This document shows positions 11,180-22,091 of a DNA stretch of 64,000 bases, piece after piece. Under the pieces are notes generated by a model. The model saw only the letters and a program-made list of their open reading frames with translations, was not told where the DNA came from and made no database searches. This DNA comes from Podarcis filfolensis (lineage: Eukaryota). The translations under genes and the position numbers were made by a program. Numbering within the stretch: position 1 is the first letter of the stretch; the number at the start of each line of letters is the position of its first letter. The stretch lies in NCBI GenBank assembly GCA_964270895.1, contig OZ185446.1. One strand, given 5' to 3'.

Positions 11180-11313
11180 GTTACAGATAGGTAGCCGTGT
11201 TGGTCTGCCATAGTATCTGAAGAAGTGTGCATGCACACGAAAGCTCATACCAAGAACTAACTTAGTTGGTCTTTAAGGTGCTACTGGCAGGAAAATTTTT
11301 TTTTTGTTTTGAC
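11180..11313. mobile_element. Penelope-like element terminal fragment, internally inverted, inserted in the L1
   Basis: Penelope-type end motifs (GGTAGCCGTGTTGGTCTG; TTAGTTGGTCTTTAAGGTGCTAC), a hammerhead-like core, and a 12-bp TSD TACATTTATCAA (11168-11179, 11314-11325). Confidence 0.7.
11213..11250 (+). ncRNA. Minimal hammerhead ribozyme motif within the Penelope fragment
   Basis: GTAT-CTGAAGA-A-GTGTG(CATG)CACAC-GAAA-GCTC-ATAC: conserved core boxes, stem II, palindromic AGCT stem III and a 4-bp stem I. Confidence 0.6.
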
Positions 11314-13519
11314 TACATTTATCAAAACTTGTTTACACTGTTGAATTTATCTTAATGCTGCCAATGTTTTGAAGTGCACACAATTTTCCTCCATACAAAC
11401 AATAAACATTTTCCAATCTTCTCTAAATGTATGTTCTTCTTGTTCTCTTATTCTATATGTTAAATCCGCAAGCTGCACATATTCCATCAGTTTAAGTTGC
11501 CATTCTTCTTTAGTTGGGACCTCACTCGTTTTCCATTTTTGGGCCAACAAAACATGGGCTGCAGTAGTGGCATACACAAATAACCATTTTTTGACACCTG
11601 GGAATTTCAGCCTGAATTATCCCCAACAAAAAGGTTTCTGTTTTTTATTGGAAAATGTACTTTTAAACATTATTTTTTTTCCAATTCATTCTGGATTATT
11701 TCCCAATACTTTTACCCTTTACAGGTCCACCACATATGAAAGAACGTTCCTTCAACTTCCTTGCATCTCCAGCATTTTCAGTCTTATAAACCTTAGCAAG
11801 CCTACTTGGAGTTAAATACCATCAGTAAATCATTTTCAAGTAGTTCTCCTTCAAAGAAGAACATGCTGTAAACTTCAGAGCGATCAGATAGGTGTTCTTT
11901 TTACATCTTTTATGTTTCCCTCTCCCTGGAACTCATACACACTCATTTGGCAACCCAAGGCCTCAAAGCCACCCTGCATTGATGAGTGCATCATCCAAGT
12001 TGGCACAGTAGATTAAGACGGTGTACATCCTTTTTCAGGGACTTGAAAGCAGCTTGGTATAGACTTCATTGCCTAGGATACCACCCTGTTGACTGAGGTC
12101 TGGATTGGAGCCCAGAAAGTAAGTAGCCCCTGGACTCTGAGTAATCATTATCTGGTAATGACATAGGTGGAGAAAGTCACACTGGAATGGCAGATAAGTG
12201 TGTGTCAGCTGGAACAACTTTGTTTATATTCTTTTGATTGACTCTAGATTCCAGCTTGAGTGTTCTGCATGAGTTTTTTCTTTCTTTTTTAAAAAATAGA
12301 TCAAAATATTTTGAGAATGCTGCAGAGAGCCCAGCAGACCCTTCAAGATTTCACAGGTGAAATTAAGGGTATTTTTGTGTACTTAGAAGACCTTGTTATC
12401 AGACGAAGGACTAGTGTATGAGCACCTTCTCTCTTCTCCATCCACGACACATTGTTGAAAGCTGTATTTAGCTTGCTCTGTGCTGTTTTCACTAAATCTT
12501 TCATGCTGTGTGAAAGATCACATAGAACACATAAATTACCAGGTAAGGAAACACTGGGAAAAGGGAATAAAGTGCTGTCTGAATGCAGCCTGACTGTGAT
12601 AATTTGTCTAGTGCACATTTGTGCAACTTCACACATTGACCATATTTTTAGGGCACCCCCAAACTTTGAACAAGAGGCAAAATGGGAGAAGTGGTTTACA
12701 AGAAAATGGGGAAGAAAGGGAATGTCCCTGGTGAATAGGGACAGTTGCGTCCTGTGAAGATTGCATAACATCAATAGATCTGGATAAAAAGCATAATGGT
12801 TTGAAAGCTTGGGGGTTTATTATATAAATGCATGCCATGTATTTAGTGCACAAATTCAAATCTAAAGTAAGCATAATAGTGAGAAGAAATAACCAAGCCC
12901 CTTTAAAAATATCATGCTGGCAAATGAATCAAAAATGGATTTGAATAAAATCCAGATACTGTGTCTACTATTTTAAGTCAAGCTAATTGAGTCTTAGGTA
13001 GCTCTATAATATTTCATAGATGTTTGGCACAGGTTTATCAGCAGCTAATACCTTTGCAGGGGATTTTAAAAGCCAGCTACCATAGGGGATGAATGACAGT
13101 TAGGCACAGTAGCACTCTTCTGAAGATGCAGAAAGTAAATCGAAAAGAGTTAATCTCCCTTGATCAGGTGAAGCGCTTGCCTCAACTGCTCTGTTTATTG
13201 TGTTGTAGACACTTCTGGAGCTGCCTGCCTTGACCCTGTGTTTTTGTTCAAAACAGACATATGTGCACACACAAAAAACATTTCACAATGCAGTTTCCCC
13301 AGGGCCAAGCTAACTGCCGCACAGCCATAAGCTCAGCAGGCGTTTCACAATTAAGGTCTCACAGGGATGTGGGCTGAGGACCATTTAGACGTGACTTTGA
13401 ATACATAGTAGGGAGAGTTGGGAAGATGGTTGATGCTGCCTCTACTCAAAACCTGCACAGAGCAGTAGATGTGCATGGTTCCCCCTGCATGATTGAGAAC
13501 ATGTCCTGCGTTCCGATGA

Positions 13520-13760
13520 TACTTCCTGGCAGGGCTGGTCAGAAGGGGATGGAGGACTGAGGTGAGAGTCTGGCCACTGATCCTAGGGAGGGGCCCAGTG
13601 GCTTGAGAGATACTGATTTGGATGCTGGGGAGGGGCTAAGCAGGTGGACAGAAGAAATCTCCACCTCAACAACAAGGGACATCCAAAGGACAGAGGGAGA
13701 GATATCCAAATTGGACCCTGTTCCGCCTCCTGCTAGCAAAGCACTTCCTGTCCCCAGGGA
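13520..13760 (+). mobile_element. LTR-like GA-rich remnant (unclassified)
   Basis: GA-rich pseudo-coding texture like the other LTR remnants in this window. Boundaries and TSD not resolved. Confidence 0.3.
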
Positions 13761-13909
13761 TATGCCTTTGCACTGTAATATTGTCACTTTAGAGGGGCAA
13801 ATATCTTTCTTGGGCCGTCTGAAAGATGAAGGCAGAAATGAATTCTTCATCTGAACATGGGTGCAAAATATTGATCAGAAGAGGTGCCCCTGTTTCAGTT
13901 CATCCTTAC

Positions 13910-13942
13910 CTTTTGTTTCTTTCAGAAGCAAGTATTTATATT
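13910..13942 (-). CDS. Candidate 33-nt internal coding microexon, phase 1/1, (E)YKYLLLKETK; host gene unknown
   Basis: Minus strand: branch-like TTCTAAT, pyrimidine tract ...CATTTTCTTCTCCAG | AATATAAATACTTGCTTCTGAAAGAAACAAAAG | GTAAGG. Only one of the three frames is open. No homology recognised. Confidence 0.35.
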
Positions 13943-14127
13943 CTGGAGAAGAAAATGTATTGATTGAAGAGAATAATTAGAAGCATGTGTTAAACTGAGG
14001 AATTATTCAATTTACAGTATTGATAACATCATTATTCAGCTCATTTCAGCTAGCCAATATTTTCCAAAGTATTTGCGCTTCTAATATATGAGACCAATTG
14101 AGGAACTGAAAAAGAAATCAGTAAATA

Positions 14128-14279
14128 NNNNNNNNNNNNNNNNNNNNNNNNNNNNNNNNNNNNNNNNNNNNNNNNNNNNNNNNNNNNNNNNNNNNNNNNN
14201 NNNNNNNNNNNNNNNNNNNNNNNNNNNNNNNNNNNNNNNNNNNNNNNNNNNNNNNNNNNNNNNNNNNNNNNNNNNNNNN
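14128..14279. other. Assembly gap (N run)
   Basis: Run of N. Confidence 1.
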
Positions 14280-14451
14280 GGATGGAAGTTTCTTCCCTTT
14301 GGTTAATGATTTTGATTTATATTCTTGGCATTTTTTTTTAAAAAAACATTTCTCTAAGAATTAATATAGGCTCCTTTGAAACTGTTACAATTATCACACA
14401 AACAATACTTGCTGGTACAAGTTTTGACAGGTGGGTGGTTTGACAGTGGTG

Positions 14452-14608
14452 CAGTGGCGTAGCGTGGGGGGTGCAGGGGGGCCGGCCACACCGGGCGCAA
14501 CATCTGGGGTTAGGGCAAATCCACGGGTTAGGGGGCGCAAATCCACGGGTTAGGGGGCGCAAATTACTTGCCTTGCCCCAGGTGCTGACAACCCACGCTA
14601 CGCCACTG
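14452..14608 (+). mobile_element. hAT-type MITE with TTAGGG-containing internal repeats
   Basis: TIR CAGTGGCGTAGCGTGGG / CCCACGCTACGCCACTG with a perfect 8-bp TSD CAGTGGTG. Sister copy at 28670-28837. Confidence 0.92.
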
Positions 14609-15552
14609 CAGTGGTGTCATGTTTGAAACCATGTGGATCAAAAAGTGTATACCATACTGTTTCTCAAGTGCCAGAAATCAGTTGATTGTCAGCATTTGGG
14701 AAGTGCTATACAAGGGGCTTTGCAGAGTCAAAACCCCTTTCATCCAAGTCCCGCCTTTACCTGCCCCAAAGGTAGGACAGGTAGGTGTGTCTTGGATGAA
14801 ATGCCCTTGTGGAACCAAATGGAGAGGCCTCACAGGCCTAAATATGCCTGTGGGCTGGAGGTTCCCACCTCTGGTTTATGTGCTGGCTACTTTAAGAAAC
14901 CTGAAGTTCATATAGATATAAAATGCAAATAATAATAATAATAATAATAATACATATAATATGCGAGAATTGTTTGCATTTTTTAATGGAAGTGGTAAAA
15001 TACCAACACACACTTGATTTTTGTCAAGATCAATGAGGCAGGTAGGAATTAGAAAAGGTGGATAAGCTCAGAAAACACAGAAAATTCCATCCCTACCTGA
15101 GGCCTGAATGAGGCCTTCAAGTCCCCTTTTGCTGGCCCTTGTGACTCTCCCAGGTCACATTTCTTCTAGGTCCTCCTTCACACCATCCCTGAGTGCTTTT
15201 GCCTGACATGTGTGTGTGTAAAAGTCTGACGTGTGTGATTGGAATTTAGCCTAAGAGCCATATCTATTTCTCATTTTGCCTCAGGCTGCACCCGGCACTT
15301 GTCTCCAGAGGGTTGTCCATAAGGGGCATGTAGCTCTTCGAATGAAAAAAGGTTCCCTCAGGCAACAGGAATCCAGTCTTCTAGATTAGCCATCGAATAT
15401 GTATTTTATGAGCTAAGGAATAAATTCCTCTCCATTATTATTTATCATAGATTAATTGGAGGCACTTAAGGCATTTATATTCATTGACAAAGTAGAGAGA
15501 TTTTTCCTCAGACTTTACTTTCATAAAATCTTAATTATAATAAATCTCCCTT

Positions 15553-15700
15553 AATGATCTGGAAGAAGACATAAACAGCACATTAATTAAGTTCACAGAT
15601 GATATTAAATTTGGAGGTGTTGCAAACACCAAAGAGAACTGATAATTAATGCAAAGGAATCTCAGAAAAGTTAAAATATCTGGCCTTGGTATATCAAAAT
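15553..15700 (+). mobile_element. Ancient CR1 RT fragment
   Basis: My translation NDLEEDINSTLIKFTDDIKFGGVANT matches the CR1 motif INDL....S.L.KFADDTKLGG. Confidence 0.7.
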
Positions 15701-16028
15701 GTGAAAGAGTAGGAACATTTAAAGTATTGTTAAGTAATCACCTTAAATATAATTATTGAAAAAGAATACACCGTGCAGAGAACATTGAGGATGGAACTGA
15801 AATATCGGAAAGACAAAAAAATAAAAAAATTAAAAGGTGCACTGTATAAATTTCATCTGCGTTTCATTTGTACTTCCAGACATTCAAGAAGGTGAGAGAG
15901 AGAAGGGTTGTGGACCCCGGCCCAACCTCCAATGCTACCATCTCTGCTGGCTCCACAACCTGGATCTTTGCAAATTTAGTGGAAGTTCTCAGAGGAAAGA
16001 CTTGCACATTCAGCTGAACATACATAGG

Positions 16029-16351
16029 CAGTGCCAGATTTATGTATAAGCTAAACAAGCTATAGCTTAGGGCCCAACTCTCTTGGGGCCCCCCCAATTT
16101 TTTTTTAAGGAAAAGAAAACTGGATGTACATTTCCAAAATATATGATAAAAAACAAATAAAATAAAACCTACATACAGCAACAACGGCAAATAGCTTTAG
16201 AGACCTATTATGTCTATAAATTACCATATATTAGCATATATTTAACACAAAAAACAGCAACAATTTGTTGTTGACAAAGGACAGCTGGACATATAAAGGG
16301 CCCCATTACCTTCAGTAGCTTAGGGCCTCATCAAACCTAAATCTGGCCCTG
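16029..16351 (+). mobile_element. hAT-type MITE (family X, internally deleted copy)
   Basis: TIR CAGTGCCAGATTTA / TAAATCTGGCCCTG, TSD TACATAGG/CACATAGG (7/8). Homologous to 26365-26796 and 32759-33545. Confidence 0.9.
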
Positions 16352-16460
16352 CACATAGGCCACATGCAAATCACTATGAGATCATTTTTAAAGTTATGGC
16401 TTTCTCTTCCTATTCCTCTCCCGGAGCTATGACTCCCAGCATTCCCTGTGAAGAGGAACT

Positions 16461-16580
16461 GGCAGCAACTCTCCAGGATTTCAGGTGGGGGTCTCCCCAA
16501 GTCCTACCAGGAGGTGCTGGGGGTTAACCTTGGGACCTCAAATATGCAAAGCAGATGGTTCACCACTGAGCTATGACCCT
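16461..16580 (-). mobile_element. tRNA-derived SINE (Squam2-like)
   Basis: Reverse-strand head ATAGCTCAGTGGTGAACCATCTGCTTTGCATATTTGAGGTCCCAAGGTTAACC with A/B-box-like motifs. Confidence 0.65.
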
Positions 16581-17151
16581 TCCCTATAGGAAAGCAGCAG
16601 TGGGGTGGAGCTAATGCACATATCCCTCCTCTCCCTCACACAATTGCAACCACAATGGAGAAACTAACTCCTGAATAGATTTTTAATGGATTAATTAATT
16701 TATCTTGACTAGTTTATTATCAATGCAATGACTTATAGATCCTGGTTGGCGTGAATGTCACCACACACTAATTAGCAGCAATCTAGCAGGGCAGCAAAAG
16801 ATCATAACGACAATTCACCACAGAGTTACCGGGTAAATATTCACAGTGTAACCTTCTTGCCAAACAATGGCTTTGAAGCCTCTTGTTGTTGATGAAAAGA
16901 GAAGTATAGCTTCAGAAGTCTAGACCTTCTTAAGGTGGAGTGTTAAGAGTTTCTCAGATTTCACCCACTCCTCCACTTGATCGAAGTATGCATGAATGTT
17001 AAAGCCCATGCTGAGTTCAGAGATGGGCTTCAGCTGCTGAGACCCAAAACCCCTATCCCTGCCCCTGTCTTCCTTGCTGTTGTGGACTGCTTGCCTGCCC
17101 TCTCTGGGCATGTAAGCAGTGACAACAACAATGAAAAGGAGCAGCACTTTT

Positions 17152-17670
17152 GGCTAGGCTGGCTGTACCGTTAGGTAGAGTGATACAGCTGCCTCAGGCA
17201 ACAGATCTGGGTGTTCTTTAAAGGTAAAGATAAAGGGACCCCTGACCATTAGGTCCAGTCGCGGACGACTCTGGGGTTGCGGCGTCATCTCTCTTTATTG
17301 GCTGAGGGAGCCAGCGTACAGCTTCCGGTTCGCGTGGCCAGCATGTCTAAGCTGCTTCTGGCAAACCAGAGCAGCGCACGGAAACGCCGTTGACCTTCCT
17401 GCCGGAGCGGTACTTATTTATCTACTTGCATTTTGACGTGCTTTCAAACTGCTAGGTTGGCAGGAGCAGGGACCGAGCAATGGGAACTCACCCCATCATG
17501 GGGATTCGAACTGCGACCTTCTGATCAGCAAGCCCTAGGCTCTGTGGTTTAACCCACAGCGCCACCCGCGTCCCATGGGTGTTCTTTCATTAGTTGTTAT
17601 TGTTTACTGCCATGGAAGAGCAGAGGTGCATCTTGGATTTTTCTGCTGCAGGTACCAGAATAACTTGGGC
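17152..17670. mobile_element. Degenerate hAT-type MITE hosting the Sauria SINE
   Basis: 'CCGTTAGGTAGAGTGATACAGCTGCCTCAGGCA' left arm of the TGCCTCAGG MITE family. The body continues after the SINE. Confidence 0.5.
17220..17575 (-). mobile_element. Sauria SINE, full length
   Basis: tRNA-related head GGGACGCGGGTGGCGCTGTGGGTTAAACC, (ACCTTT)-type tail, and a 12-bp TSD TGGGTGTTCTTT. Highly similar to 36490-36843. Confidence 0.95.
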
Positions 17671-17791
17671 GTTATTCACCTTGACCTGGTTGGGGAGAAA
17701 GGATGTCATTTTCTGCTCTGCCTCAGGCACCAAAATATCCTAGGCAGGGCCTGGGTCTCGGCCTCAATGGACCTTTCCTTCTGTGTAGAGG

Positions 17792-17949
17792 CAGTGCTTT
17801 TTTCTGGGGGGACAACAACACAGGGGTACGCATACCCCTAAACATTTTGTGAATCTAAGTTTGGCCTCATTGCGGGGCAGTATTTCAATATGAGTAGGAA
17901 AATGAGAATACCCCTAAACATTTTTTTTTAAAATAATAAAAAAGCACCA
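17792..17949. mobile_element. hAT-type MITE
   Basis: TIR CAGTGCTTTTTT / AAAAAGCACCA, TSD TGTAGAGG/GGTAGAGG (7/8). Confidence 0.75.
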
Positions 17950-19088
17950 GGTAGAGGTGTGGACAAATAGTGAAGAAGCAAATGGTGAGATTGGGAATCT
18001 GGAACTCCTCAAAATTTGGATCCAATTCTGAGTCTACCCTCCACCCCATAACGGAGACATGTGTGATATATGTTGGAGAGAATGAGCAACAATTTTAATT
18101 CATATAAGATTTGTAATGTAAGGTTAGCTTCAAGCTAGCAACCCTTCAGTGTTGTCCCAATGCACTTCAGATGTGAGCCTGGCATGGATGGTTCCACTCT
18201 GGCACCAAGTGCCAAGCCAGTCAGCTAACCATTCTGGGTTTGCCTTTTCCTGCTCACAAAGATGCACAGAAATGGCCCCTGCCACCCTTAGGTGCTAGGA
18301 GGCTGCCAGAGTCCAAGGGGTGATGTAAGAACACAGAAGCAGCCTTATACTGAGTCGCGGTACTCATCCATCTAGCTCAAATGACTGAAGCCAAAGCAAC
18401 AGAGGATGACAAAGGGGGGAAAAGAAGAAAATCTGGACCCATCCCTTAAAACATCCTTAAAATCAGTGCTTTGTATTTATCCACTTCCACCTAAATCAAC
18501 ATTTCTGCCAAATGACCGGCAGATGGCAGCAGTCCCTGGAGCCTCCCTTTGTTGCTGTCTGCAAGTATTTCTCTCTGTGAACTGTGGTTCTTTTAAGGTA
18601 ATTCCTGGAAGATGAAGTTCATTATGGAACTGATTTTTAAAACGGCAATTAACTAGCAATAGTAGCACAGTCACTTTCTTCTTACTATAAGGTGCATATA
18701 ATCCTAGCCTATTTTCCCATACAGTTAGAAGGAAGGAGGGAAAGTCAAGATGATCTGGATCATGTGTGCAATTTCTTTTTTCTTGTTTTCTTTTTTCTTC
18801 CTTTCATTCTTTTTTAAAAAAGCTTTTTTGCTCTTCATCATGTTCCTTTTCTAATTTTTGGTTATAATATAAGTTATCAAGCTAGATTGTTTTCACAACT
18901 TTACCATATGCCAGTTTCCATCCTTGGATTGTTATCTGTTCCTATGACATGTTTCAATATGTAAGAAATAAGTTATTTACTTCCTTCCTTCCATTTTGTT
19001 AAAAAATAAATAATAATTCTTGTATTTCCCTCCACTTATATTTTGGCCAAAGAACAACCTAGCTAGTTCTGTGTGCCCAGTGGAACTT

Positions 19089-19437
19089 GTTGTTGTTGTT
19101 TAGTCGCTTAGTCGTGTCCAACTCTTTGTGACCCCATGGACCAGAGCACGCCAGGCACTCCTATCTTCCATTGCCTCCCGCAGTTTAGTCAGACTTATGC
19201 TGGTAGCTTCGAGAACACTATCCAACCATCTCATCCTTTGCCGTCCCCTTCTCCTTGTGCCCTCCATCCTTCCCAACATCAGGGTCTTTCCAGGGAGTCT
19301 TCTCTTCTCATGAGGTGGCCAAACTATTGGAGTCTCAGCTTCAGGTTCTGTCCTTCCAATGAGCACTCAGGGCTGATTTCCTTAAGAATGGAGAGGTTTG
19401 ATCTTCTTGCAGTGCATGGGACTCTCAAGAGTCTCCT
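19089..19437 (-). mobile_element. BovB (RTE) LINE 3' fragment
   Basis: Minus-strand ORF KTLMLGRMEGTRRRGRQRMRWLDSV...EDRSAWRALVHGVTKSWTRL is the typical BovB C-terminus. (CAA)n tail and TSD CCAGTGGAACTT (19077-19088, 19438-19449). Confidence 0.95.
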
Positions 19438-20757
19438 CCAGTGGAACTTATATCACATCAAATACTCAGAGGGGCACAGACAGCAGAGTGGGGCTGAAAT
19501 ACCGAAAACTTAACCATCCCACACCTCCTTCAGGGAAGGGTAAAACAGCAAGTCCCGAGGCCCCATCTTCTGAAGAACATTGTGGGGGCCTGATGCCACA
19601 TCCTGACGTCACACACACAACGTCCTGACATCAGTCTGCACCTGGTTCCGCACCCAGTTCCACATTTTTTTAGGGGGCCCAATGAGCCTTGGCCCCTGGG
19701 AGCCAGCGCCAATGAGCAAGTGCATCAGAGGTCTGGCTAAAAATGAAATCTGAGTGTTAGGCAGACATCTCTCCTTCGCCTCCACCCACCTCTCACCTTT
19801 TCGCAGGATTGGGGACAGATGCACCTATTGGCAGTTCAAAAGCTGACTTGACTCGTTGTTGTTGACCTTCCTCCCATGCTTTAGGCAGGCTGTTCTATGG
19901 CAAACTGGTAGAACTGAGAATCTCAGAGGACATTTGTAGACAATCAGGAACCAATGCCCCACAGTTGTTTGTGAAAATTATTCCCCTCACAAAGCTACAA
20001 TTTCCAGAGTTCTCTGTGAAGAGGGATTGCTAAACTGTTTTGGAAACTGTAACTCTGGGATGAGATTGGAGTCGTCCAACAACTCTTAGCATTCTTGAAG
20101 TGTTTAAAGCAGTATCATAGTGTTTTAGATGTATGGCATGCATGTGGCCTCAGTTTGTTTCTGCTCTGCGTTACCCTCACTTGTGTTCATGCAGAAGCCG
20201 GTTCTCTCCTGTTTCTGTATTCATTTATGATTTGACTTTATCTAATAAAAATGTGCATGGAAATTGCATTACAATATATGTTTCACTTTTCTCTCTCTTC
20301 AAATACACATACATACACCATTTTATTTGCATGCTGTCTTTCCCTAGTTCAAACCATGCTTAAAGTGACTTAATTACACAATAACAAAAGCAGTCATGAA
20401 CAATAAATAAAGCATCAAAAAGTACATAATCAAACTGAAACAATATGCAGTTTTAAACATGTTTTCCTCTCAAAATACTAATTTTAAAATTTCTTTCTTT
20501 CTTTTTTCTTTCTTTCTTTCTTATGTTGGAACATATGTGAAATCTGGACACAATTCAATCCTACCCCTGTTGACTAAGAAACTAGGGTACCTTGCAGGTA
20601 AACCTGCATTGAATTGTAGCCTTAATTCCCACCTGTACATTAGGCTGGAAGGGTCAGATCAGGTCAGTTTGGCTCCGAATCCACAAAGATCTAATTCCTC
20701 AGGCATTCCTGCTTACAGGACCCCTGAGTTATGCTGGAGAGGGGTCAAAATAGAGGT

Positions 20758-20786
20758 AAATACAGTAAATACAGTAAATACAGTAT
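20758..20786. repeat. (TAAATACAG)3 short tandem repeat
   Basis: Read directly from the sequence. Confidence 0.85.
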
Positions 20787-22091
20787 AGCTACTGTAGGTA
20801 ACCTCTAGATAACGAACATTGAAAAACAGACATTTAGTTTCACTTGTATTAGGGTTTACAAACTCTAATCTCAGCAGAGATTAGATGGCATCAACATTAC
20901 AACAATTATTTCCTGGAATCTTGTTTCGCCACAAACAACATTTCTTACACTCTCTTTTTCCAGTGAAGAATTAAAAAAAAAAGTGGGGGGAGTGATTTAT
21001 GCTGTTGCCCTAAACTGCCTGACACTGGCAGCCTCAGTCTTGCCAGGATTGTCAGCTCAAAAGCATTATTTTTTAGGGCAGAGGGCACACTTTTCTGGCT
21101 TCCTAAAAGCTGAGGACCTGACTGGCACATTGCTCTACTTCTGATTTTTGCTTCGTTCTCTGTTAGAGGGGTGCAAAAGAGCAAGAGAAGGGATAAGAAA
21201 CAAAGGGTTTTGATACAGTAAACATGTTCACAGTAATGATCCAAAATTCAACATATCTGGAAGAGCGACATTGACACCAGGATTTCAGAGAAGGGTTAGT
21301 GACTTTGCCAGCCGAGACTGGGCTGCCAGATTATGTGAAGCTTCACACTCTTCTGTTCCTCCAATAAACAGAAATATGACTCCCACGCTAATAGATAAAG
21401 ACTCAAGACTTTGCTTAAACTGATAAGCATTTTCCAATTTAGTGAACTATGCCTGTCTGCTTCGCAGGGGCCGTTCTATGTGGATAAGAAGCAAGAAATT
21501 AAAAAAGGGAAACTTTGGCTAAGTGACGTTTTGACACCATTTAGGGTGATGCTGAAGGGGGAGGAAAAAAAAACCTTGACAAGCCAGTGTGTTGATGCCT
21601 TTGTATTTGAAACGAATTAGCGCAAATATGAGAATGTGAGTGACACAAATTGTTACAGCAGATAACTGCGAGGCTCTGTGAAAGACATTTTACAGGATTT
21701 ATGCAAGAACGATTCTCCTTAGGAGGCATTTAAGAACACAGATGGACTGTTCTTAAGGATATAGTTAGTATTTGAAGAAGACAATAATGGTCATAACACT
21801 TGCAGCTATGATGATTATTTGCAAAGGAGCTTCCCAGCGCAAAGCCCTAGAAATGATCAAGGTGCTGTTCCCTTGCTTGTAGAATCAGTTTGAAATGAAT
21901 GCCGTTGCAGAAATTTCCATAGCTCCATGTCATATGGGCATAACTAGGGATGGGAGAAGAATTCATTCTGTTCACTTTTCACAGTGGACCAACCCATTTG
22001 GATGCTGCCAAGATTGCTGGTGGAGTCAGCATGCAACTTCCAGTTGAATCAACACTCCTCTGGGTTTTGCAATGCATTTTCGGTGCACAGA

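Larger units (their letters stand above)
11020..11870 (-). mobile_element. L1/Tx1-like LINE 3' fragment
   Basis: The minus-strand ORF AAHVLLAQKWKTSEVPTKEEWQLKLMEY...TFREDWKMF resembles the ORF2 C-terminus of non-mammalian L1 (A..IA..WK....P...W motif). A-rich sense strand. Confidence 0.75.

Noticed and set aside
11369-11815. 148-aa plus-strand ORF
   Set aside because: It is the antisense frame of the L1-like fragment.
13539-13854. ORFs on both strands with protein-like composition
   Set aside because: GA-rich LTR-like texture, with no recognisable domain and no supporting splice context.
14500-14570. Short direct repeats that could be mistaken for a CRISPR-like array
   Set aside because: Adjacent tandem units without unique spacers, inside a MITE in a vertebrate genome.
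16920-17174. Overlapping 65-75 aa ORFs
   Set aside because: No recognisable homology or convincing splice sites, and they run into a MITE.
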